This document shows positions 1 to 11,050 of a stretch of DNA of 64,000 nt, one piece after another. The stretch covers positions 204,788,001 through 204,852,000 of the forward strand of contig NC_086097.1 of assembly GCF_963921235.1 (NCBI RefSeq). The letters are read 5' to 3'. Numbering within the stretch: position 1 is the stretch's first letter; every line of letters begins with the position of its first letter. Position numbers and translations under genes: made by a program. The DNA comes from Mobula hypostoma (taxonomy: Eukaryota). Below the pieces are notes generated by a model, which had not been told where the DNA came from, ran no database searches, and saw only the letters and a list, made by a program, of their open reading frames with translations.

Positions 1-354
1 GAGCAATTTTCGATTTTGTGCTGAAGAATCTTGTCTTTGAACAAGTTGGATCAAAGGTGAGGTACAATCAAAATACTGTAATAGGGTCATGTAGCCCTGA
101 GAGTGCCCTATTTACGTTCATTGGTTTCCTTGATTAAATATTGTCTTGCAGTATGCAACCACTCTGATTCCTCAATTCAGAGAAAGTAGAGAATGATGGT
201 AGTTACTTAACTGTTTGTCTTGTTATATTAATGCCACTTTTGTCTAAAGGTAGTGCACCTCTCGAGAGGTGAACACATAATGGTGAGCACCTAATGTAAT
301 ACTGAATGAAGAGCTACTAGTCTGGCTGCACAATGGCAGGACCTGTTGTAAGAG

Positions 355-650
355 GAGCACTTAGATTGAGCATGGATTCTCTAGTATTTAAGCAAAGAAT
401 GAGGAAATCTCAAAGTAAGTTGTTAAAAGGCTTGGCAAGCTAGATGCAGGAGAACTGTTTCCCTGGCTAAGGAATCATGGATCAGGGATGCCAAGTGTTA
501 GGCTATTTAGGACAGAGACTGGGACAAATTCCTTCACTCAGAGAGCAAATAGCTTTTGGAATTCTCTAACGCGGAAAACTGTGGCAACTCAGCTGAAATG
601 TTTTGTAAAAACACAGGTTGATTTTTACTGAGGTAGAAGATGAGCTTGAA
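355..650 (+). mobile_element. Old, decayed CR1 LINE 3' fragment
   Basis: Diverged similarity to the CR1 ORF2 C-terminus seen in younger copies (ctagatgcaggagaactgtttccc...tttaggacagagac...ttcactcagagag). No ORF. Boundaries approximate. Confidence 0.5.
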
Positions 651-671
651 GAACTTGATGGCTAATTATAA

Positions 672-3290
672 GACCATGAGATATAGGAACAGAAGTAGGC
701 CATTCAGCCCATCGAGTCTGCTCCACCATTCAATTGTGGGCTGATCCAATTCTTCCAGTCATCCCCACTCCCCTGCCTTCACCCCATATCCTTTGAGGCA
801 CTGGCTAATCAAGAACCTATCTATCTCTGCCTTAAGTGCAACCAATGACTTGGCCTCCATAGCCGCTCATGGCAACAGATTCTGCAGATTTACCTCCTTC
901 TGACTAAAGTAATTTCTCTGCATCTCAGTTCTAAATGGATGTCCTTCAATCTTGAAGTCGGGCCCGCTTGTCCTAAAATCTCCTACCATGGGAAGTAACT
1001 TTGCCATATTTAATCTGTTCAGGCCTTTTAACATTCGAAATGTTTCTATGAGATCCCCCCTCATTCTCCTGAATTCCAGGGAATACAGCCCAAGAGCTGC
1101 CAGACATTTCTCATACAGTAATCCTTTCACTCCTGGAATCATTCCCGTGAATCTTCTCTAAACTCTCTCCAACATCAGTATACCCTTTCTAAGATAAGGA
1201 GCTCAAAACTGCACACAATACTCCAAGTGTGGTCTCACAAGTGCCTTATAGTGCCTCAACATCACATCCCTGCTCTTATATTCTATACGTCTAGAAATGA
1301 ATGCCAACATTGCATTTGCCTTCTTCACAACCGACTCATCCTGGAGGTCAATCTTTAAGGTATCTTGCACGAGGACTCTCAAGTTCTTTTGCATCTCTGC
1401 ATTTTGAATTCTCTCCCCATCTAAATAATAGTCTGCCCATTTATTTCTTCCACCAAATTGTTTGACTGCACACTGGTAAGCTGCAGCCAGCCATAATAGG
1501 ATCCCTTTATTCGCACCCTTTTCTGCTGACCAGCCAATGCTCCACCCATGCTAGTAACTTCCCTGTAATTCCATGGGCTCTTATCTTGCTAAGCAGCCTC
1601 ATGTGCAGCACTTTGTCAAAGGCCTTCTGAAAATCCAAGTACACCATGTCTACTGTATTTCCTTTATCTACCCTGCTTGTAATTTCCTTAAAGAATTGCA
1701 ATAGGTTTGTTAGGCAGAATTTTCTTTTCAGGAAACCATTCTGGCTTTGGCCTATCTTGTCGTGTGCCTCCAGGTACTCAATAATCTCATCCCTAACAAT
1801 CGATTCCAACAACTCCACAACCACTGATGTCAGGCTAACAGGTCTATAGTTTCCTTTCTGCTGCCTCCCACCTTTCTTAAATAGTGGAGTAATATTTGCA
1901 ATTTTCCAGTCTTTCAGTAGAATGCCAGAATCTATCGATTCTCGAAAGATCTTTGTTAATGCCTCTGCAATCTCTCCAACTACTTCCTTCAGAACCTGTG
2001 GGTGCATTCCATCAGGTCCAGGAGATTTTTCCACCCTCAGACCATTAAGCTTCCTGAGCACCTTCTCAGTCATAATTTTCACTGCACAAACTTCACTTCC
2101 CTGACACTCGAATATCCGGTATACTGCAGACCTCTTCCACTGTGAATACACATTCAGTTCCTCTGCCATCTCTGAACCTCTCATTACAGTATCTCCAGCA
2201 TCATTTTGTATTGATCCTATATCTACCCCTGACTCTCTTTTACCCTTTATATACTTAAAAAGCTTTTAGTATCTTCTTTGATATTAGTCGCCAGCTTCTT
2301 TTCATAAATCATCTTTTCCTTCCTAATGGCCTTGTTAATTTCCTTCTGCAAGTTTTTAAAAGCTTCCCGATCCTCTATCTTCACACTAGCTCTAGCTTCC
2401 TTGTATGCCCTCTCCTTTGATTTTACTTTGGCTCTGACTTCACTTGTCAGCCACGATAGTGTCTTTCTTCCATTCAAAAATGTCTTATTTGGAGTATATC
2501 TGTCTTGTGCTTCCCTCATTTTTAACAGAAACTCCAGCCATTGCTGCTCTGCTGTCCTTCCTGCAAATGCCCCTTTCAAGTCATCTTTGGCCATTTTCCC
2601 TCATGCCATTGTAATCTCCTTTATTCCACTGAAATACCGGCACATTGGATTTTATTTTTTTCCTCCCAAATTTCAATGTGAACTAGATCATATTGTGATC
2701 ACTGTTCCCAAGTGTTCCATAACCTTACGCTCTCTTATCACTTTTGGATCATTGCACAACACCCAATCCAGCACAGCCGATCTCGTGGGCTTAACAACAA
2801 GCTGTTCTAAAACGCCATCTCTTAGACATTCTACAAATTCTCTCTCTTGAGGTCCAGTACTGACTTAGTTTTTCCAATCCACTTTCATGTTAAAATCCCC
2901 AACGATTATCATGACATTGCCTTTCTGACATGTCTTTTCTACCTCCTGCTGTAATTTGTAATCCGCATCCTGGCTGCTGTTTGGAGGCCTGCATACAACC
3001 GCTATTAGGGTCCTTTTACCCTTGCCGTTTCTTAACTCAACCCATAGAGACTCTACACCTTCCAATCCTATGCCATGTCTTTCTAAGAATTTAATACTAT
3101 TTCGTATACACAGAGCTACACCACCCCCTCTGCCTGCTAACCTATCTTTCTGATACACTGTATATCCTTGGACATTTAGCTCCCAATGGCAACCATCCTT
3201 TAGTCAAGATTCAGAGATGAAAATAACATATATTTGCCAATCTGTAGCTAAATTTCAAGATCATCCATTTTATTCCTTATGCTGTCCCTT
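672..3290 (-). mobile_element. CR1 LINE, 5'-truncated, ORF2 (endonuclease + RT) pseudogene with internal deletion
   Basis: Minus-strand ORFs give APE motifs (RGGGVAL, VCRPPNS, VGDFN; 2865-3158), RT ([25 protein letters not shown]; 1507-2184) and the C-terminus (LVRPHLEYC, LYSLEFRRMRGDLIE). The 3' UTR lies near 672-800. The QGS/FADD part of RT is deleted near 1470. Confidence 0.93.
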
Positions 3291-3504
3291 TTCATTATAC
3301 TTTTATGTTCCTGCTCTTCCAGAGAACTACCTCTCCATTTTGACATTGAGAACTTGTGAAAAGAGCAAGATAAGTGCAAGTTCATTCTTCCATGTAGAAA
3401 GTAATTTGTTTAACTGATCATGACACTTTATGTTTAATGTTTAAAAATATGATAGTTGAAGCTCTTTTGACAATGGGCTCAACATTGCCTTGAATGCACT
3501 GGAT

Positions 3505-3890
3505 ACAAGAGGATGCTTGAAACATATAAAGTTCTAAAGGGATTGGACAGGCTAGATGCAGGAAGGTCATTCCCGATGTTGGGGAAGTCCAGAACGAGGG
3601 GTCACAGTCTGAGGATAAAGGGGAAGCCTTTTAGGACTGAGATTAGGAAAAACGTCTTCACACAGGGAGTGGTGAATCTGTGGAATTCTCTGCCACAGGA
3701 AACAGTTGAGGCCAATTCATTGGCTATATTTAAGAGAGAGTTAGATATGGCCCTTGTGGCTAAAGGGATCAGAGGGTATGGAGGGAAGGCTGGTGCAGAG
3801 TTCTGAGTTGGATGATCAGCCATGATCATACTGAATGGCGGTGCAGGCTCGAAGGGCCGAATGGCCTACTCCTGCACCTATTTTCTATGT
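3505..3890 (+). mobile_element. CR1 LINE 3' fragment
   Basis: ORF 3513-3806 (ETYKVLKG...RTRGHSL...VNLWNSLP) followed by a CR1 3' UTR (ggccgaatggcctactcctgc...ttctatgt). Confidence 0.9.
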
Positions 3891-4418
3891 GCACCTTTGA
3901 TGGTAACTGTCAGATTTACATTCCATAACAGACATGTATACCATGGCAGTGAAGCCCTGAATAGAGACAAATTATACCAAGGGATTAGATGAGATTTGCT
4001 CCATATAACTTCCTGGCAAGTCTTATCTGCTACTGACTTCATTCTTGATAGAGGAAGCAGTCTGCTTGAGCCCATAGTGCCAATCAACTGGATCATGGCT
4101 AACTTGTCTCAGTCCTACAATCTGAACATCTGTTCCTTAACATCATCTTCTAGCCTCAAATCTTTTGCATAGTATTACATTTTTAACTGCTGCTTTAAGG
4201 AATTTAATATGAAATGCAATCACTGAATGCAATCAGATTAATTGTGTTTGGGTTAGGAGGATTGCTGTGTTAATTCAGGATCTTCACACCTATGACATAC
4301 TTATGAGCAGAGACAATTGGATATACTCAATGATTCCAAATGATGTGTCCTGCCATGTAACGTGGAATAAACCAGCCTTGCCTGGTCACAGTTTTTGAAC
4401 CTGTCTGATAAATATTCT

Positions 4419-4617
4419 TCAAAGTTGCTGGTGAACGCAGCAGGCCAGGCAGCATCTGTAGGAAGAGGTGCAGTCGACGTTTCAGGCCGAGACGAAGGGT
4501 CTCGGCCTGAAATGTCGACTGCGCCTCTTCCTACAGATGCTGCCTGGCCTGCTGCGTTCACCAGCAACTTTGATGTGTGTTGCTTGAATTTCCAGCATCT
4601 GCAGAATTCCTGTTGTT
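4419..4617. mobile_element. Fold-back Penelope-like (PLE) terminal mini-element with 13-bp TSD
   Basis: 75-bp inverted arms at 4419-4493 and 4499-4573 (2 mismatches) around a 5-nt loop. The sequence matches the PLE 3' terminus at 16088-16228. Perfect TSD tgataaatattct at 4406-4418 and 4618-4630. Confidence 0.88.
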
Positions 4618-5119
4618 TGATAAATATTCTACTAGTTACTTTTCTTTAAAAATTCCTTCTTCCTGTTTGCTCTCGCTAGCCACCATCCTTAACCCTATCC
4701 ACAGTCGTGAGGTTGTTCAGGCATTACTGAGTTTCTCCAGATTCCATAGGACCCTGGATTATCATGTCCTATTATCCCTCGATAACTCTACTGATCTTAG
4801 AATTCACAACTGCCTCCCATGCACCCCTCTTTTCCCTCAATGATATTGGAGGAACTCAACTGCCAAGCTGACATGAGGTTCAACCTTCCCTAATAACAGC
4901 CTCTCGGTTGCATTTCAACTGCATCTCAGGACTCCCCATGGGTCTGCAGCCTTTGTATCTGTATGCTTGGAGGCTTTTCAATATGCAAAATCCCCTGGGC
5001 ATCAAACACACCACAATGTTGGTTGCTGCAGTGGGAGCAAGAACCACAGAAATAATACAGCCACAGAACAATTTCTACGTCTCTAATTCTTTCCTGAAGT
5101 CAACATCTAAATTGGATCC

Positions 5120-5207
5120 GCAAACACAAGAAAATCGGCAGATGCTGGAAATTCAACCAACACCCACACAAACTGCTGTTGTTTTCCACCAGCATTTTGT
5201 TTGTGTT
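5120..5207. mobile_element. Tiny fold-back PLE terminal remnant with ~14-bp TSD
   Basis: PLE 3' end in minus orientation (caaacacaag...gcagatgctggaaattc) followed by an inverted piece (cagcattttgtttgtgtt). Flanked by atctaaattggatc (5105-5118) and atctaaatttgatc (5208-5221). Confidence 0.65.
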
Positions 5208-7327
5208 ATCTAAATTTGATCAAAAGGTTTCTTCCAATTTCACATGTCCTCATTGCACCTAACGAAGAAGCTCAGACAATGGCTTCCACAAATCCATAGA
5301 GATTGCATTCATCGATATTCCTTGGTGACCTTGTCAAAAGCTTCAGCCAGGTTATAAAGTTATATTCTGACTTACCTTCAACAAACCCATTTGGATTCAC
5401 TCTGATTGACTAGAGTTTGCTCAAGTGCATTGTCACTCTGGCCTTCATGTCATTGGAGAAGCTTAACCACAATTGACAGGCTTGTTGTTAATTGTTTTTT
5501 CTCTCCAGCCTCCTTAAATAATAGAGTAGCAATATATATTTTTTATTCTAACAACATAGTTCATGAAATGACATGGGGACAAAGTCCTGCAGTGCAGCTT
5601 GGAACAACTAACCTGGTAGATTGAGGGTCCGAGTGTTGTTTGCAACAACTACAATATTTGTTACTCGTACAACTTTGATGTCAATCATTAGGAAAACGCT
5701 TTCAAATATGAAAAGCTAAATTTCTCAGTTTCTTCTTCATAAATTACTTTTCTGCTGTCCATTTTGTAAATGTTCTCCGGAATACAATTAAACTTTAATA
5801 TCTTCATTGTACATTGCGCTGGAGGTGTATCTGTAGAACAAAATTTCAGCTCAGTTCTGCCAACTTGCATTCTATTTCCTAGTCAAGCAATATAATTCAG
5901 TGGCTATTGAAAATCCTTTGGTCGCTATAATATTAGTTTACTCTTTTGGAGGTAACTCCAGTACATTTTGCAAATAAAAAAAAACAGCCTTGATCATATC
6001 TTTAAAATATAATTACATTTATTTACATAGCTCCTCTGCTATTTTCTGACATATTTGAAATCAGTGAGCTCTCTCTCAATATCCTGTAATTTTTGCTTAT
6101 CTTTCTCCAATGTTTTAGATGTGTGTTAAATGAATACAGCTTTATTTGTTGCTGATGCTTTTTCTGATTTTAGAACTGATATCCCAATGATTGAATTTGC
6201 AATGATTTTATTAAACCCAAAGTTGAACATAATATTCAGAACAGTTTTTGCCTTTGTACTTTCAATAGGAAAATATATTTGTATGTATTATCCTTTTGTT
6301 GCTAGCTTGCTTCTCACAGAACTTTGTTTTTGTGATAATTTCTGAATAATAATAACTTCATCTTCCTGAACATAACAATTATCATAGTGTCCTTCAACCT
6401 TGTGGCAAGATTTGATTTACACTCACAAATAGAAGCAGGAGAAAGCAGTTCAACACCTCATGTCTATCTTGCCCTTCAGTAAGATTATAGATGATCTTCT
6501 ACCTCAGAATCTGTTTCACGCACTAATCCCATATTTCCTGATCCTCTTAATGTCTAAAAAGTTCTTGATTCTAATCTTGAACATACCCAATTCATCATTT
6601 AGCAAAAGAATTGTTTTCCTATTTTTTTTTCTATAGATGTGGATGATTGGTCATTTCCCCATGTTATGTTCTATATGTCATGCTCTGACTCATTCATGTA
6701 GCTTCTTTACATTTTCCTTGCAGCCAATGCTGCTGTCCAATTTAGTATCATCGCCTTTGTTTTGCTTGCTTCACTCATCTGAACCTTTGAGCGGGAATAG
6801 TTGGGGCAACAACTGTGATTCCACAGTCACAGTGTTCCTACCTGAAAAGCTATCCATCTCCCCAATCATTTAAGCGTGCTGGTTTATAATCTCCAATAGT
6901 TTCTATTCTAATGTTAATAACCTCCTTTTGAGACACTTTATCAAAACCTGCTGAAAATGAAAATGCAACACATCCACTGGTTTACCCTTATCAATTTTGC
7001 TGGATGTAATAGATTAGTCAAACATTTGTTCTTCATGTCCAATCTGAAAATTATTTTCCAAGTGTCTGACTACTATTTTAATGATAGGTTTCAGCATTTT
7101 CTGATGTTAAACTAACAGATTATTAGTTCTCTGCTTTCTCCTTCCCTTTGTCAAATGATGAATTACATTTACTACCTTCTAATCTGAGGGAAATCGTTGG
7201 AATTTCAAGAATAATCACTATTTACACCCAAACAACAGGAATTCTGCAGATGCTGGACGTTCAAGCAACACACATCATAGTTGCTGGTGAACGCAGCAGG
7301 CCAGGCAGCATCTCTAGGAAGAGGTAC

Positions 7328-7363
7328 AGTCGATGTTTCAGGCCGAGACCCTTCATCAGGACT
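7328..7363 (-). ncRNA. Minimal type-I hammerhead ribozyme motif (stem III palindrome mutated)
   Basis: Minus strand reads agtc-CTGATGA-agg gtctcgg cct-GAAA-ca-TC-gact. Confidence 0.55.
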
Positions 7364-8094
7364 AACTGAAGGAAGAGTTAGTAAGAGATTTGAAAGTGGG
7401 AGGGGGAGGGGGATCCAAAATGATAGGAGAAGACAGGGGGGTGGGGTGGAGCCAAGAGCTGGACAGGTGATTGGCAAAAGGGATATGAGAGGATCATGGG
7501 ACAGGAGGTCTGGGGAGAAAGACCAGGAGGGGGGGGAACCCAGAGGATGGGCAAGGAGTATATTCAGAGGGACAGAGGGAGAAAAAGGAGAGAGAGAGAG
7601 AAAGGATGTGTGCATAATAAAATATGAGTACCTGGGATCCTTAGAAGGTCCAAAAATAAAATGTGAGTACCTGGGATCCTCACGGCCTCATCTACTGTAA
7701 AGATGAAGCCACACTCAGCTTGGAGGAACAACACCTTACATTCCGTCTGGGTAGCCTCCAACCTGATGGCATGAACATTGACTTCTCTAACTTCCGCTAA
7801 TGCCCCACCTCCCCCTCGTACCCCATCCATTATTTATTTATATACACACATCCTTTCTCTCTCTCTCCTTTTGATCCCTCTGTCCCTCTGAATATACCCC
7901 TTGCCCAGCCTCTGGGTTTCCCCCCTCCTTGTCTTTCTCCCCGGACCTCCTGTCCCATGATCCTCTCATATCCCCTTTGCCAATCACCTGTCCAGCTCTT
8001 GGCTCTATCCCTCCACCTCCTGTCTTCTCCTATCATTTTGGATCTCCGCCTCCCCCTCCCACTTTCAAATCTCTTACTAACTCTTCCTTCAGTT

Positions 8095-8130
8095 AGTCCT
8101 GACGAAGGGTCTCGGCCTGAAACGTTGACT
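8095..8130 (+). ncRNA. Minimal type-I hammerhead ribozyme motif (GUU site)
   Basis: Reads agtc-CTGACGA-agg gtctcgg cct-GAAA-CG-TT-gact, with stem I agtc/gact. Confidence 0.65.
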
Positions 8131-11050
8131 GTACCTCTTCCTACAGATGCTGCGCTGCTTGGCCTGCTGCGTTCACCAGCATCTTTGATGTGTCTTGCTA
8201 CTTACACCCATTATTTTTCAGGAACTAATTATTCATGGTAATTTCTTTGATGTCCTGGCACAAGATTTCTGTTATTTTCGGGAGGTTTTTCAGTCTTTTG
8301 TTAAAATAACACAAGATATTTTCTACCATTCTCACCTCTCCTTGTGTTAATTCCTGCTACATCAGTCTGCAAAGAACAAACTCTCCGATCTTAGGTTTGA
8401 CATTCAGGCCTTGACCCCAGTACTTGTTGATGACAGTTTTGATCTTTGCATCTTGACTTCTAGTCACTGGCCCCCGTGACTCCAGCCCATATAGACCTTT
8501 GATATGTGACCTGGGGATCACTGGTCTCCTCAGCAATTGCTGACTTGACCTCTGCGATTGCTGACTTCGATTGTGTACTCTGCACGTCTGCTACAAACTT
8601 AAAACACAACTAAATCTGAGCCATGACGGAAATCACAGTTGGTGCCATCTCGTCTGGGACTGAGTGACTTCATAATCTATTCAATCACCCTCTCAACTGT
8701 CGCACTATTGTCTAATTTAATAGATTTGATAAATACTTCTTTCAATTCCCTTAAGCTATATTAAGAGCATTAAGACATAGTCAGCATGTAACCAAGTGCA
8801 GGCAGTTATCAAATTTTGCCCAGAGTAAATTAAGTTCAAAAACTCCTAGCCATGAATTATGTTTATGTCATAAGTACCTACCTGTTGGAAAACTGTAATT
8901 GGAGCTTTCTGAAAATAAAGCACAGCATAGGCAGAAACTAAAATAAAATTCATAAGGCAATTGTAGAGAATTTCAAAATCATTTGGACAATAAGGACAAC
9001 AAATAATGTAATAACATTGTAATTAGGCCTAATTATGGTCATGTCATATATTTGACATAAATATACTGTATATCATTAATATATTAAAATATTATACCAT
9101 AATAATAACAGTCCCTATAACATGGGATTGAAGTTACAACCTTCTATTATATTTCTCCTACAAGAAGAAAAAAAACCTGCAATTGTTGAATCCTTTATAT
9201 TTTTGTTCACTTGTCAATTCTAAGTTCATAAAACCAGCTTCCATTGCAGTTAATATACCTTTTTCTCTGACATTCCTCTTTCATTTGGTGTGCTTGTAGC
9301 ATTGCCCTGTGACCTACTCTTTGCAAGTAAAGTAAAAATAGGAAGCAGTTCAGCAGGCTGAAGATTTCAACACAGTTCTAGGCATAATTAAGATGCCGAT
9401 TATCAGTAAGATCTTGCAACAGAGGAAACAAATTATGTATATATTTTTACACTGCTGTGGATCTAATGTCATCTGATGCTTTGTGGAACATGGGCTACAT
9501 TAATCTCTGGTTGTAATTGATTGGTGTTTCCGATTTATGTTGCAGACTCCAGTAATGTTATGTGTGTCCAAATCTCGTACTCAATGGTAATTCGTAAATA
9601 TTTTGTAATGTGTAGATGGCAGTGTCTACACAAGGCATTTTTTCAAAATTTCACTTTAGGTCATAAAGTAAGCAATTTTTAAACCTGACCTGACACTCCA
9701 GTGAAATTGTCTTCTTTGCAGTGTCAAGTCTAAGCAGTATAGACAGCTTCCCTTGAGGAGGTTTAAACCCCGGTGTCAGATTGAGACCTGAATCTGTCAT
9801 TCCAGATCTTTTGCATTAATGAAATGGTTATATAATTTCACAGAATGTTAACTGCAGCTTAAAAATTCCTGAGTTCAATGCAAGCTGTCACATAAACATC
9901 TGTTCATACTATCATTATATTTCAGATTATCTTGTAAGATCATCAGTGCACTTAGTATTATGAGGAATGATCATGAAGAAGAAACATTATGGCTATAAGA
10001 ACATAGAACCATACAAACAAGGGGCAGGAGTAAGAATATGCTCTAAAATGAGACCATTCTATCCTTTCACCGTAATATGGTTACTGTCCATTTCTTTCCT
10101 CTCAGAAGAGTTGGGTGAGGTGGACTGAATGTGAAGGAAGTATTTTGGAGGTGGGACTTTCATTGAATGTCACAAGTTACTTATGGATTATAGTCATGGG
10201 GGTCAGGGAAGCACAGCCATTCTGCCAAATTTCCAAGGGTAAATTTGAACACAACTTCTGCAGAAGATTCATCTCGCCAAAATGATGGGAGGGTACTTAC
10301 AGCAGGCATCTGACTGGGAGAATGGCACTACCACTCCATGTGGCCCTGCATGTTGCCTGCAGTTCATACCTTCCAACGTAGAAGTGGCGGCCAGCTTCAT
10401 CTTCCCACCCACTGAGCCAATCCTGACTCAGTGATTCCAGTCCACTACAGGCAGAAGCTGCCCAATAAATGAGTGCAGCTTTGGAAGCTCCGAGGCTGAC
10501 AGTGTAGTTCTGCATTCTGGAATCAAAGTGCCTTTGTGGGGTATCATGGCCGCCTGCCAGATTACTGATTGCTGACGCACTGCTGCAAAGTGAGGTGGAG
10601 TGATCTGTGGAGGACCACTGTGCAACTTGTATTCATGCCACCTACACTGCCACACTGGCAAAGCCTGTGCTATTGCCTTTTGGCCTGGTAGCTCAGTCTG
10701 CTACCATCATGGGAAGAGGGTATGATCAGAAGTCAGAGCCTGCTGAGCTCATTTTTCTCACCCAATGAGAACCCTCTTCACAGAAAGGGCGGAACATCCC
10801 GTAAGTTAGCTGTAGCCCCTGAGGGAGCAATGCTTAGAAATATTCAGGCAGCAAAAGCCACAATGAAGACAACTGCAGAGGAAGTGTTTGGATTCACTAA
10901 TCGTATGGTTTTAGCCTTGACTAGATTGACACTTTTGCTGATAAATATATTTTCTTTGGTCTTTCCAGATTTGTGGTGGACATACAAATCTGAGGGCAAC
11001 AAATAAGATGCACCACTAGGGGGATTTACAGTTTTAATTATTTGTTATTA

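Larger units (their letters stand above)
7231..8197. mobile_element. Penelope-like element 3' fragment with inverted (fold-back) terminal copy, ~13-bp TSD
   Basis: 7681-7800 (+) translates as HGLIYCKDEATLSLEEQHLTFRLGSLQPDGMNIDFSNFR*, the PLE GIY-YIG C-terminus. 7231-~7620 is the reverse complement of ~7830-8197. TSD ctatttacaccca (7218-7230) and ctacttacaccca (8198-8210). Confidence 0.88.
6425..8370 (-). mobile_element. Old decayed CR1 LINE interrupted by the PLE insertion at 7231-8197
   Basis: 3' UTR-like start (atagaagcaggagaaagc) and diverged RT motifs on the minus strand (ttatcaaaacctgctgaaaat...acatccactgg, the DVxxxDFxKAFD region). Boundaries approximate. Confidence 0.55.

Noticed and set aside
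4301..4649. Near-identical peptides on both strands ([15 protein letters not shown]...), recurring at 7281, 16039 and 56384
   Set aside because: This is an artefact of translating the non-coding PLE terminus and its inverted copy.
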